Source: Octopus sinensis
Lineage: Eukaryota
NCBI RefSeq assembly: GCF_006345805.1
Contig: NC_043021.1
Span: 18,972,001 to 19,036,000, forward strand
Direction: 5' to 3'
DNA: 64,000 nt
Positions 14,706 through 26,932 of this stretch are shown in pieces. Position 1 is the first letter of the stretch. The number at the start of each line of letters is the position of its first letter. The notes below the pieces were generated by a model that was given only the letters and a program-made list of their open reading frames with translations, ran no database searches and was not told the origin of the DNA. The translations under genes and the position numbers were made by a program.

Positions 14706-14976
14706 CGTCGAAGCAGTTGTCTTCGCGGTCGTTGTCCTCCTGCTCTTCCTCCTTTCTACTACAGACACAAGCCCTGAAATTTTTCGGCGGGGTGGGGACT
14801 AGCCGATTTTATTTTCTCAATCCTGAAAATGTGAAAGACAAGGTTGACCTTGGAATTTGAACTCAAAACAAAAAGAGCTGGAAGAAATGTCACTGGGCAT
14901 TTCGTCTGATGAGTCAATCTGCTCAACACCTAAATAATAATAATAATAATAATAACAATAATAATAATAATAATAA

Positions 14977-15844
14977 ATGCCCTGATGCAGTACCAGGCAG
15001 TGGCTCTCATGGCTTCTGATCTTAACTGATTGGAAGTGTAATCATGTACATTGTTTTGTCTTGGTATAAAAAATGGGCTACAGCAAATATTCTGCTCAAT
15101 ACCACACATTTGCTTGCCAGTTGTCTGACCTTAACCAGTTGAGCATGTCCCTTTAGTGGCTGACGATATGTGCATCTCTGATCACGAGCAGAAGTAGTGG
15201 GGGAGCATCATAGCCATGTGTTGAGAGGGATTCTTTGGAGTTTGAATAATTCACCTCTGGAAACATGGGTGGTTCTTTCAACATCCTTAAACAACCCTTA
15301 ATCAGGGACCTTTTGAGTGGGATGGGTTACCCAACCAGAAGAAAATTCTAACTGGGCCCCACTCGCAAGGTCATGCGCTGTTTACCTTGATATGAGATCA
15401 CCATGTCGCGCACATATGGTTGTGATGCATGTGCCTGGTGTACCCTTATCGGACGGGTAGTCATGATGGGTATACTGGGCTTCGTATATTTTACCCCAGT
15501 GTCACTTCGATGGCATGCTCTGCTCGCTCACTCAATAATAATAATAATAATAATGAATGATTCATCTCTGGAAACATAGATGTTTCGTTCAACATCCTTA
15601 AACAGCCCTTAATCAGGGACCTTTTGAGTGGGATGGGTTACCCAACCAGAAGAAAATTCTAACTGGGCCCCACCCGCAAGGTCATGCACTGTTTATCTTG
15701 GTATGAGATCACCATGTCGCGCGCATATGATTGTGATGCATGTGCCTGGTGTACCCTTATCAGACGGGTAGTCATGATGGGTATACTGGGCTTCGTATAT
15801 TTTACCTCAGTGTCACTTTGATGGCATGCACTGCTCTCTCACTC
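14977..15844 (+). mobile_element. (AAT)n-embedded 557-nt element plus 5'-truncated tandem copy (family E)
   Basis: Full copy 14977-15533, partial 15558-15844; same arrangement at 37053-38079; reverse copy 9430-9892. Confidence 0.85.
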
Positions 15845-15948
15845 AATAATAATAATAATAAGCTTTACTGCTATAGGCGCAAGGCTTGAAATCATGGGAA
15901 GGGGCTGAGTTGATTACACCAACCCCAGTATTCAATTGTTACATAATC

Positions 15949-15981
<33 letters not shown>

Positions 15982-16149
15982 GTTTCAAATTTTGGCACAA
16001 GGCCAGCAATTTCGGTGGAGTGGTTAAGTCCATTACATTGACACCAGTGCCCAGCTGATACTTATTTTATCAATCCTGAAAGGGTTGTTTGTCACTGATA
16101 CAAAAAGTAATGGTTATTATATTTCATTTACTTTTTACTATATAAATAT

Positions 16150-16645
16150 GGAGGCGCATGGCTTAGTGGTTAGGGTGTCAGTATCATGATCGTAAGATTG
16201 TGGTTTCGATTCCTGGACCAGGCGACGCGTTGTGTTCTTGAGCAAAACACTTCATTTCACGTTGCTCCAGTCTACTCAGCTGGCAAAAATGAGTAACGCT
16301 GTGATGGACTGGCGTCCCGTACAGCTGGGGAACATGTACGCCATTGAAACTGGGAAACCGGGTCCATGAGCCTGGCTAGCCTTTAAAAGGGCGCAAGTGG
16401 AGGCGCGTGGCTTAGTGGTTAGGTTTGTTGGACTCATGATCGTAAGAGTGTGGTTTCGATTCCTGGACCGGGCGACGCGTTGTGTTCTTGAGCAAAACAC
16501 TTCATTTCACGTTGCTCCAGTCTACTCAGCTGGCAAAAATGAGTAACGCTGTGATGGACTGGAGTCCCATCCAGCTGGGGAACACGTACGCCATTGAAAC
16601 CGGGAAACTGGGCCCATGAGCCTGGCTAGGCTTTAAAAGGGTGCA
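16150..16645 (+). mobile_element. Tandem dimer of tRNA-derived SINE family B (249-nt period)
   Basis: TGGCTTAGTGG A box, GTTTCGATTCC B box; relatives near 2533-2825, 23395-23732, 34690-35015, 56270-56575, 62818-63135. Confidence 0.88.
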
Positions 16646-16802
16646 TTTATTTATTTTATTATAAATACGGTGTTTTATGTGAATCCTGAAAATGCAGCAC
16701 ATTATTATTAATATATTTGTCAATTAATGCATGTTTTCAAAGAAAAATTGACTTCAGTATTTATCATCCTATATTCATCTTCTTTATTTTTTTTCGTTTC
16801 AG

Positions 16803-16959
16803 AAGCTCCGAAGGAGCGAGTGTTTAAGGAGAAAGAGGGGCTGCTCAACAGACGACGAGGTGCTATGCGACGGCGTGTACACCAAGTGAATGGTCACAAA
16901 TTCATGACAACATTTTTCAGACAACCAACATTTTGTTCGCTGTGTAGAGACTTCATTTG
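16803..16959 (+). CDS. PRKCE: nPKC epsilon-type exon: pseudosubstrate and start of C1A ([53 protein letters not shown])
   Basis: Pyrimidine tract + AG at 16801-16802 and GTAAG donor at 16960; [11 protein letters not shown] pseudosubstrate and HxF...FCxxC C1 motif; ends in phase 2. Confidence 0.95.
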
Positions 16960-17127
16960 GTAAGTTCCCAATTGTGGCATGCTTATTGTCCAAAGTTTGT
17001 ATATTTAAGGAAAACACTTGTGTGCTGAAGGCATTGTTCTCCTTCTCTGAAAGTAGGAGTCAGTTTCATCATCTGGTAGAGCAGCTCTGTAGAGGCTTGG
17101 GTCTCTTCCATTATGGTGCAAGATCTG

Positions 17128-17515
17128 CCTGGCTGTGTGGTAAGTAGCTTGCTTACCAACCACATGGTTCTGGGTTCATTCCCACTGCGTGACACCTTGA
17201 GCAAGTGTCTTCTGCTATAGCCCCGGGCTGACCAAAGCCTTGTGAGTGGATTTGGTAGACAGAAATGGAAAGAAGCCCATCGTATGTATGTATATATATA
17301 TATGTATGTGTATGTGTGTGTATATGTTTGTGCCCCCAACATCACTTGACAACCGATGCTGGTGTGTTTATGTCCCTGTAACTTAGCGGTTCAGCAAAAG
17401 AGACCAATAGAATAAGTACTTGGTTTACAAAGAATAAGTCCTGGGGTCGATTTGCTCAACTAAATGCGGTGCTCTAACATGGCCACAGTCAAATGGCTGA
17501 AACAAGTAAAAGATT
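17128..17515 (+). mobile_element. SINE family A
   Basis: Near full-length copy. Confidence 0.85.
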
Positions 17516-17524
17516 AGAATAGCA

Positions 17525-18330
17525 AACGTGAGCTTTGTTGAGTCAGATGTTTTATGACTCTGGGCCCAATGTTTCTACCATCCTCAATGCTCGTTCTTGC
17601 TGCACCACTTGTCCTTTCTCTTGAGCCAGATGTAATGGCTTCCTTTCTCTATGGCTTCCAACAATTTTTCTGGCAGCATCTTTCGTCTCTTTCACATCCA
17701 GTTCAAGAGCAGTTGGTGGAACAGCTCTGTAGGTGTTTCAGTCCCTTCCACTATGACACAAGAGCCACCCAGGACCACCCACTAATGTAGGCGACAAAAC
17801 TCCTACACAGTACCATGCATGAGCTTTGTTGTGTCAGGTTTTATGACTCTGGGCCAAATGTTTCTACCATCCTCAATGCTTGTTCTTGCTACACCACTTT
17901 TCTTACCTCTTGAGCCAGATGTAATGACTTGCTTTCTCTGTAGCTTCTGATAATTTTCTGGCAATATCTTTCATCTCCTTCACGTCTAGTCCAAGACTCC
18001 CTATCATCAAGATAAATCTGTTTCCAACAAATCTTCTAATACCTATCTCTGCAAGAAGGCATATTGCTCCCCGTCCATTGTTTTAACAGAGTTCAACCAA
18101 CTTACGGTATTTTTCTATCTTTTCTGTGGGAAGCGTCTTTAATGATCACTTCCCAGAGGGAATTGTCAGCTTCTTCTTAGATCACTCATTAGTCACATCC
18201 ATCACTCTCTGTTACCATCGAACTCTAGCGTCTGCCTTGGATTGGTTTTTACAGAGTGTACTGGGTGAATTTTTCATGATGGCACTAGCTATGGTAAGGT
18301 CACCAGGTACCTGCATAACAAGACCCCTTA
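17525..18330 (-). mobile_element. Decayed R2-group (NeSL/Hero-like) LINE, restriction-like endonuclease end, with tandem duplication of the last 200 bp
   Basis: Minus-strand EKIEKYRKLVELC...EIGIRRFVG and LGLDVKEMKDIARKLSEATEKASHYIWLKR*; 17530-17715 repeats at 17820-18000. Confidence 0.55.
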
Positions 18331-18821
18331 ACTGAGCTGAGTATAATGATAAGGGGATGTAAAAGTATAATAAAGGACCAGAAACAGATGTCTTGCTGAA
18401 GAGGTGAATCCGTGGCATGCTTATCTGGAATGGGAGAGTGAAAGATGTGGGATCAATGTACAAAGTGCTGAACCTCACAGTGGCAAAGTATCTGTGTTCC
18501 TTTCAAATTTTGGGCCTCACAGAGACAATGACCAAGACCTTTGGCATTATGCCGTGCTTGAGAAGAAAACCCATCAAGCTGAGCAAAATCGCAACCGTGG
18601 CAGATACTGGTGTCATGGAAACAGCATTCATGCTGGTGGCATGTAAAAGCACCCATTACACTCTCAGAGTGGTTGCCATTAGGAAGGGTATCTCCAGCTG
18701 TAGAAAGCCATGCCAAATCAGACTGGGGTCAGGTGCAGCCTTCCAGCTTACCAACCCTGGTCAAACTGTCCAACCCATGCCACCATGGACAATAGACATA
18801 AAATGATGATAATGATGATAT

Positions 18822-19030
18822 ATATTTGGAGAGAAGATTTTTTTCTCAAAGAGTTAAGATTGAGAAAAGAACCATTTTAGAAAATGGAAAAGCACTAACC
18901 TTTGGGAAGAGATTTCAAAGCCACACACATTTTGTGAAATCTCTTCCCAAAGGTTAGTGCCTTTTGACCTTTCTAAAATGGTTCTTTTCTCAATCTTAAC
19001 TCTTTGAGAAAAAATCTTCTCACCAAATAT
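18822..19030. repeat. Near-perfect palindrome, about 95-bp arms and 17-nt loop
   Basis: 18822-18917 is the reverse complement of 18935-19030 with a few mismatches. Confidence 0.9.
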
Positions 19031-19072
19031 TATAACTGTAACAAGGAATTTCCAAAACACTCCAAATATATA

Positions 19073-19187
<115 letters not shown>

Positions 19188-19901
19188 TATTCTGTTTTTT
19201 TCCGTCCTTGTTTTCATGTACATTCACTGGTTTCTTCCAAGGAATCTAATGCTCTTAGCTTAGTTTTTCCTTGGGGCTGGCCAGATTGGAACAATCTCGA
19301 GTATAACCAGCGGAAATTGCAAAGATAATCTAGAACTCGACTGACGAAAGAAAAGTCCAAATGACCCGTCCTTGTTTTCTTTGTATCGTCTGTCTGGATG
19401 TTTTGCGTTCTTGTCCCATTTTTGTATTTTTTATATATGTGTGTATATATCATCATCATCATCGTTTAACATCCACTTTCCATGCTAGCATGGGTTGGAC
19501 GGTTCAACTGGGGTCTGGGAAGCCTGAAGGCTGCATCAGGCCCAGTCAGATCTGGCAGTGTTTCTACAGCTGGATGCTCTTCCTAACACCAACCACTCCA
19601 TGAGTGTAGTGGGTGCTTTTTACATGCCACAGGTGCCAGACGAGGCTGGCAAACGGCCACGCTCGGATGGTGCTTTTTATGTGCCACCGGCACGGAGGCC
19701 AAGTGAGACTGGTAACGGCCACAAATGGATGGTGTTTGTTACGTGCCACCGGCACAGAGGCCAGGCGATGTGATGCTGGCTACGGCCACGTTCGGATGGT
19801 TCTCTTACGTGCCACCGGCACTGGTATCACAACTACAAATTCCACTGATGTTGATCGATTTCGATTTTGATTTATATATATATTTTGATATATATATATT
19901 T

Positions 19902-19936
<35 letters not shown>

Positions 19937-20114
19937 ACTGAATCTCTTCCTGTCAGGTGTCCCAGATGAACCAACTTCACGGCAGTAAGTGCAGATGAGG
20001 GCAGCTGCATCAAACTCTCTCATGCACCAAATGGTGGTGCCCCAGCATAGCCACAGCTCGTGAACTGAAACTAGATAAAATAAATAATATATATACCAGT
20101 GGTAGAGTAATACG

Positions 20115-20255
20115 CTTTATTTAAAGCAGCAGAAAATTCAACAAAACCTGTTACTCTGAGTTTCCCGTTGCCGTTCATCGGACAGTTTTTGCTGAACAGC
20201 AATGGGAAACTCAGAGTTATAGGTTTTGTTGAATTTTCTGCTGCTTTAAATAAAG
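20115..20255. repeat. Fold-back palindrome carrying a hammerhead
   Basis: About 65-bp arms; the right arm starts within the ribozyme core. Confidence 0.85.
20148..20185 (-). ncRNA. Minimal type I hammerhead, CCGATGA core variant
   Basis: Minus strand CTGT-CCGATGA-ACG GCAA CGG-GAAA-CTCAGAG-TA^ACAG; 4-bp stem I, near-palindromic stem III. Confidence 0.65.
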
Positions 20256-20630
20256 TATATATACATATATATATAAAATGCATAAACAGAGCCTGAACAA
20301 TTGCTTTAAAATACATGGTGTATTTTATAAATGTGCCTGTTCAAGTATCCTAATAGCATGGAGTTATTAGTAGCTCTTTTGGTTGTGTATTTAATCTGGT
20401 ATACATATATATGTATACATTGTCAACCACTCATACTTAATGTATACACCCCAAGTATGTTTGCTGGTAGGCTACGATCTGGCAAAGTGGAGATTACACC
20501 CTCAAAGTGGTGAGTAGGTAATAATCTCCAGCTCACCAAATCACAGTCTATTGGCAAACACAAGCGATATATGTTAAGTATATGCGATCAATAATGTTCA
20601 TTACATTAGTGTTGCTTCTGTTTCATATTC

Positions 20631-20663
<33 letters not shown>

Positions 20664-20665
<2 letters not shown>

Positions 20666-21062
20666 CGCAGGAGTGGCTGTGTGGTAAGTAGCTTGCTTAC
20701 CAACCACATGGTTCCGGGTTCAGTCCCACTGCGTGGCATCTTGGGCAAGTGTCTTCTGCTATAGCCTTGGCCGACCAAAGCCTTGTGAGTGGATTTGGTA
20801 GACGGAAATTGAAAGAAGCCTGTCGTATATATGTATATATATGTGTGCGTGTGTGTTTGTGTGTCTGTGTTTGTCCCCCCACCATCGCTTGACAACTGAT
20901 GCTGGTGTGTTTACGTCCCCATCACTTAGCGGTTCAGCAAAAAGAGACCGATAGAATAAGTACTGGGCTTACAAAGACTAAGTCCCGGGGTCGAGTTGCT
21001 CGACTAAAGGCGGTGCTCCAGCATGGCCGCAGTCAAATGACTGAAACAAGTAAAAAGAGAAA
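20664..21062 (+). mobile_element. SINE family A
   Basis: Full-length copy inserted in (TA)n. Confidence 0.9.
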
Positions 21063-21209
21063 AAGTATATACATATATATATTTACAAAATAAGGGCAAA
21101 AGAAAAATTCTATTGCCAAATTTGCTGAAAAAAGGACAAAATTGTTAATAACCATTATGATTTATGCATCTCGAAACAAACCGATAGAAATTTCTAAAAA
21201 AATCCGTTA

Positions 21210-21270
21210 TTACCGTATTGGTCCCAATTTCGGGGTTAATTCATAAGAATTTTCCCCTCTTCAGCGATAA
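21210..21270 (-). ncRNA. Complete type I hammerhead
   Basis: Minus strand TTATCG-CTGAAGA-GGGG...CCCC-GAAA-TTG GGAC CAA-TA^CGGTAA; all three stems pair and the core is canonical. Confidence 0.8.
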
Positions 21271-21290
21271 ATACGTGAGATATAAGTGAA

Positions 21291-21321
<31 letters not shown>

Positions 21322-21406
21322 TTAGAGACAAAACCACTATTTTGCAAAACAAACAAGGAAAGACTTAATCAATACATAAAATTTTAATAAAAAGTCAAAA
21401 AAACCG

Positions 21407-21451
21407 CCACTACAACATTGTTTCTTGTCCTGATCGACAATCTTCAGGTGG
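21407..21451 (-). ncRNA. Type I hammerhead (left arm of palindrome)
   Basis: Minus strand CCAC-CTGAAGA-TTGTC gatcag GACAA-GAAA-C aatgtt G-TA^GTGG. Confidence 0.8.
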
Positions 21452-21499
21452 ACTTCCAATAAGTCAGTTTCATAATTTAAACTGAGACTTATTGGAAGT

Positions 21500-21542
21500 C
21501 CACCTGAAGATTGTCGATCAGGGCAAGAAACAATTGTAGTGG
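21500..21542 (+). ncRNA. Minimal type I hammerhead (right arm of palindrome; sense to the PKC pre-mRNA)
   Basis: CCAC-CTGAAGA-TTGTC gatcag GGCAA-GAAA-C AATT G-TA^GTGG; palindromic stem III ACAATTGT; predicted cut after 21538. Confidence 0.82.
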
Positions 21543-21715
21543 CGGTTTTTTTGACTTTTTATTAAAATTTTATGTATTGATTAAGCTTTCCTTGTTTGTT
21601 TTGCAAAATAGTGGTTTTGTCTCTAATAATATTATATAATATTTTACTATAAAATTGGATTTAATCCTAAATCTGATTTTTCCCTGTAAATTTGGATTTA
21701 TTCCCTAATATTTAT

Positions 21716-21756
<41 letters not shown>

Positions 21757-21758
<2 letters not shown>

Positions 21759-22639
21759 GAGTGCAGTGAATATATTGCCCTCTAAATTACACAAAAATGA
21801 AAATAACACTGACATCTCTTTTTAAAAGATATATTTACCATAATTGCACAAAAATATCTTGAAATACCAATGAGTAAATTTATTCAATAAAATCGCTATT
21901 GGCTTCAACCACGGCCTCCAGACGACTTTGGAATCTCTTGCATCTCTTCTGGATGGTCCCCTTGTTTAAGCTATTGAATGCTGTCATAATCCTTCCCTTC
22001 GGTTTATCTTTGGTGTTACAAGGAGTTTTGTTGGTCTCTTGCTCAACTGCGACCCACACATAATAATTAAGGGGGTTGCAATCTTGGGAGTTAGGTGGCC
22101 AGATGTTAAGTGCGATGTGGTCACAGAAATTGTCTGACAGCTATGACTGGGTTCTCCTGCTTGTGTGGCATGGTGCAGAGTCCTGCTGTCAGACATATGG
22201 TCTTCCAGTAGCCATCCTCTTGACCCAGGGCAGCACTACCTCCTTCAGGCACTTGATGTAGGCCCTCCATGTTGAGCCTGAGGCTGTGTGAGAAGATGAA
22301 TGGAGACATAACATTGCCATCACTGGTGATCACTCCAAACACCATGATGCTGACTGGATGTTTGATTTTTATCACTCTTGGAACATGTTTTGGGGATACA
22401 GCAAGCCAAACAGTTGTTTACGATCTGTTTGTATTGAAGCTACCAGCACAAATTCCAAGCAGTACAGCATGTTGTTTCCAAATTTCTGGCAGAGTGAATT
22501 GCGTCATAGTGCTGTTTTTTCTTACAGACAGTCCCCAGCTGACCCTACTATACTGTGTAGTCTACAAAATCAAAAGCAAACAATATGCATGCACAAAATT
22601 GAAAATATAAAATGGCGACACTTTACCCATCGCACTCTG
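21757..22639 (-). mobile_element. Deleted maT-type (DD37D) Tc1/mariner element
   Basis: QQDSAPCH...WPP(N)S(P/Q)DCNPL(D/N)YYVW with 37 residues between the acidic positions; weak CAGAGTGC ends; stops at conserved Trp codons. Confidence 0.8.
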
Positions 22640-22933
22640 TATGTACGTATGTATATATATCATCATCATCATTCAATGTTCGTTTTCCATGCTAGCACGG
22701 GTTGGATGGTTTGACTGGGGTCTGGGAAGCCAGAAGGCTGCACCAGGCTGATCTGGCAGTGTTTCTACAGCTGGATGCCCTTCCTAACACCAACCACTCC
22801 GTGAGTGTAGTGGGTACTTTTTATGTGCCACCGGCACAGGTGCCAGGGGAGGCTGGCAGTGGCCACAATCAGTTGGTGCTTTTTACCTGCCACCGGCACA
22901 GAAGCCAGTCAAGGCAGCGCTGGCATCGGCCAC

Positions 22934-22985
<52 letters not shown>

Positions 22986-24479
22986 GTATGTGTGTGTGTG
23001 TGTGTGTATACCCTTCTCTTGACCTCAGAGTTGTAAATGAGCATCATTCTTAGGAGCTGATGCTAACCCTTCATCGTATGTTGCCAAATTTTCATCAGGG
23101 CACTGTGCTTGTCTTTCGAAGGGAGGTAACATTCCTTGATGATAGTAAAATCTGTCTCTAGTAATCAGCCAGATAAACTGAAGAAAAGTCAGTTTGAAAT
23201 AAAATGTCCTAGTCCCTTGAGAGATTTGAACTCACAATCTTTGAGCTGTGACATTTATGTACTTAGTCTCGTGTGACTGACACACACACATGTAAATACA
23301 TGCATATAGACACATGCACTTTCATACACCAACACACATATATATACACATGCAAATACATGTGGTCAGGGTTACTTATACATGTATACATATAAAGGGC
23401 AAAGGGTAAAGAGCCCCTTCAATCATGAATGACTATGGGATTCCACCGAGAAAGTTCCCTTCTGAAGCACAGGTCCGGGCAAGATTGTTCATGGAAGACC
23501 AGCTGTTGCTCATGATTACCTGCCTCCCGGTCCCTGCACCACTGATGGTATACAAGGGATAAGTGAAAGGCTGATACATCTTGGCACTAGTGACATCGCA
23601 GCTCATTTCTACAGCTGGAGCAATGTGAAATAAAGTGCTTTGCTCAAGAACACAAAACACAGCCCAGTCTGGGAATCAAACTCACAATCTCATGATTGTA
23701 AGCCCAATGATCTAACCACTGAGCCATGCACTTTCATGCATACACACACACACACACTGCCATACAGATACATTCAGACACACGTTCGTTTTATTATATT
23801 TTATAAGGAGGCGAGCTGGCAGAAATGTTAGCACGCCGGGCGAAATGCTCGCCAAGGTCGACTTTGCCTTTCATCCTTTTGGGGTAGTTAAATTAAATAC
23901 CAGTTGTGTACTGGGATCGATCTAATTGACTGGCCCCCTCCCCCAAAATTTTGGGCCATGTGCCTAGAGTAGAAAATTATATTTTACAAGGTGTCAAGCT
24001 GGCAGAATTGTTAGCCTGCCAGGTGAAGTGCTTAGCGGTATTTGGCCCATTGCTACTTTCTGAGTTCAAATTCTGCTGAGGTCGACTTAGCCTTTCATCC
24101 TTTCGGGGACGATAAATTAAGTCCCAGTGAAACACTGGGGTTGACGTAATCGACTTGTCCCCTCCTCCAAAATTTCAGGCCTTGTGCCTATTGTAGAAAA
24201 GATTATATTTTATACTTTATATAAAGGGACAGGGGTGGCTGAGAAGTTTGTGGCACCTTGGGCAAGTATCATTTACAATAGCCTCGGACCAACAAAAGTA
24301 TTGAGTGGATTTGGTTGATGACAACTGGATATATTGTTTTGGTGTCTCCGTGTGTTGGCATCACATGTAGGGGAAAATACCTTACTCGAAAGCAGGTAAA
24401 ATTTGGCAACAGGAAGGGCATGCAGGCATTGGTATAGTGGGAAAAGTACAAATATATGGGAAATTACCTCCTGTATCAT

Positions 24480-24720
24480 CTCTTGTGTAAGGTAGAAGAG
24501 TCCAGTTTGCTGGACATTGTTGTAGAGCTGAAAATGAGGTAATATCTACTCTTCTCCTCTGGAAGCCATCTGCTCTCCTACCCCGATGTAATCTCCAGGG
24601 ATACAGGCATCCAGCAACAGGACCTCCGTAATGCTATGATGGACCGTAAGGTCTGGCATAACATAGTAAATTCCATTGTCTTGACCACGGTCCAACAATG
24701 ATGATAATGCAGCCATACAA
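24480..24720 (+). mobile_element. RTE-like LINE 3' end
   Basis: RRVQFAGHCCRAENEVISTLLLW...DLRNAMMDRKVW followed by a (GAT)n tail. Confidence 0.6.
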
Positions 24721-24883
24721 AATCCATCTGGATGACTTCTGTCTGACCCATGTTTAAAACAATGATAATGATGATAATAATGTTGATCATCATCATCATG
24801 ACAATGTTAATGATGAGATGATGAAGAGGATGATGTATGATAAAAATGTTTGAAATCAATGTCTTTCTTTTTCTCTCCACCAG

Positions 24884-24915
24884 GGGTCTCTGGAAACAGG
24901 GCTATCAATGTCAAG
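24884..24915 (+). CDS. PRKCE: nPKC 32-nt micro-exon, middle of C1A ((W)GLWKQGYQCQ(V))
   Basis: Not in the ORF track. Pyrimidine tract + CAG at 24881-24883, GTAAGT at 24916; phases 2 and 1 join both neighbours and supply the missing WGxxKQGYQCQV of C1A. Confidence 0.92.
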
Positions 24916-25299
24916 GTAAGTAACCTTCCTTTCTCAGCATTTGTGTGTGTGTATAATTAGAGTAAATGATTCGTTTGTGAGATAAGTGGGGGATGCTAAA
25001 GAGGCATTGGCTTATAGGAGATGTTATCTGCATTCTCATCCTTGTGTGTGTGTGTGTGTGTGTTAAGTTTGCATCAAATGCTCCCTTGCTATTTTCAACA
25101 ACGGACACATGTACCGCCTCGTATTTCCATTCAATCCAAGATTAATTCTCAACCAAAGCTGACGTGGGTTACATGTAGATCATGTGTGTAGGAACTCCTA
25201 GGGAACAAGGAGAAACCACAAGTATTGTGCCCTTGATGGAAGTCTAAGTATAACTTGAAATGTGTGAGTCACTCATGGAATCAGTTTTCAAATATGTGT

Positions 25300-25369
25300 G
25301 TGTGTGTTTATATATATATATATATTATATTATATTATATTATATTATATATATACATATATAATATAT

Positions 25370-25400
<31 letters not shown>

Positions 25401-25890
25401 ATATAATTAAATTTGGTATTATCTTATATTATATTATATGTATTTATATTATATATATATATATGTATCATATATATATATTATATATTATATATATATA
25501 TATATATATTATATTATATATATTATATATATATATATATTATATATGTTATCTATATATTATATAGTATATATATCTATGTATTATATATATTATATAT
25601 ATATATATATATATCTGTATATATATATATATATATATGTTATATATATATTAATATATGTATATATATATATTATATATATATTATATATGTGTATATA
25701 TATATATTATATATGTATATATATATTATATATGTATATATATATATTATATAGTATATATATTGTGTATATATATATACATACATATATATATATATAT
25801 ATACATACATATACATATATATATATACATACATATATATATATATATATACATACATATATATATACATATATATATATATATTATATG
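25300..25890. repeat. TA-rich low-complexity tract (similar tracts 4230-4820, 13100-13500, 28240-28680, 47880-48450)
   Basis: Direct reading. Confidence 0.97.
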
Positions 25891-25924
25891 TGTGTGTATG
25901 TGCATATATTTATATTTTAACTTC

Positions 25925-26195
25925 ACTTTGCTTTTACTTGTTTCATAAAGGAGTTGCAGCCATCCTGGGGCACCGTCTTTAGTGAGATTATTTTGTATTT
26001 CACACTCACTCCCCAATTTTCTTATCAGAACCGTTTCTGGGGAAGTAGCACATTGGACAGAGCCGCTCTTGTGTCCTTTCTGCTGTGATATGGGTTCATT
26101 TGGAATCTCAGATAAAAATATGTGTCTAAATGTTCTTTAAACACATTTACATCATCTACACCCCTCAGATCTCTGAGGTAGTTTGGCAGAATATA
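25925..26195 (-). mobile_element. CR1/L2-group LINE 3' end
   Basis: LPNYLRDLRGVDDVNVFKEHLD then a SINE-A-like tail; the related fragment at 19935-20075 reads LNLFLSGVPDEP. Confidence 0.55.
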
Positions 26196-26211
26196 TTTGT
26201 ATATTGATATA

Positions 26212-26581
26212 GGTGCAGGAGTGGCTGTGTGGTAAGAAGCTTGCTTCCCAACCACATGGTTCCAGGTTCAGTCCCATTGCATGGCACCTCGGGCAAGTGT
26301 CTTATACTATATAGCCTCAGGCTGATCAAAGCGTTGTGAGTGGATTTGGGGTAATGTAAACTGAAAGCCCATCGTATATATATATATAGATATATATATA
26401 GATATATATATATATATATATATAAATATAAATAATAGTTTTAATTTTAAATTTAAATAATTTGAATTTTAAATTCTATATTTCATACATTTTGTATATT
26501 ATATTAATTATTTTTATTTTTGTTTTGGTTTATGTTTTTCACTGTATGGATTTGCCTAATAGTGATTTTATCTCTAAATTA

Positions 26582-26615
<34 letters not shown>

Positions 26616-26835
26616 GTGTCTGTTTTGTCTGTTTATCCCCCCACTATTGCTTGACAATTGATGTTGGTGTGTTTATGTCCCCGTAGCTTAGCAGTTTGGC
26701 AAAAAAAAAAAAAACTGATAGAATAAGTACTAGGCTTACAAAGAATAAGTCCTGGGGTCGATTTGGTCGACTGAAGGTGGTGATCCAGCATAGCCACAGT
26801 CAAAATGACTGAAAAAAGTAAAAGAATGAAAGAAT
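26212..26835 (+). mobile_element. SINE family A with expanded AT-rich middle
   Basis: Head and tail match the family. Confidence 0.8.
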
Positions 26836-26886
26836 ACACACACAGTGGAACCTCAGTTTACGAATTTATTTTGTATATATACATAT

Positions 26887-26932
<46 letters not shown>

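Larger units (their letters stand above)
21310..21638. repeat. About 160-bp-arm palindrome with a hammerhead on each strand and a one-sided 3' extension to about 21715
   Basis: Direct reading of both arms; related end and tail sequence at 54055-54270 and 57720-57810. Confidence 0.9.

Noticed and set aside
1-16800. C2-domain exons of the PKC
   Set aside because: No nPKC C2-like peptide with splice sites found by eye; they are presumably upstream of the window.
19335-19375. CTGACGA...TCCAAATGACCCGTC possible hammerhead
   Set aside because: GAAA and stem II are not intact; too degenerate to call, although a short direct repeat (19200, 19366) hints at a Penelope-like end.
19605-19835. CRISPR-like repeat-spacer appearance
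   Set aside because: Eukaryotic intron, no cas genes, the linkers are homologous to each other, and the array is internal to an interspersed repeat.
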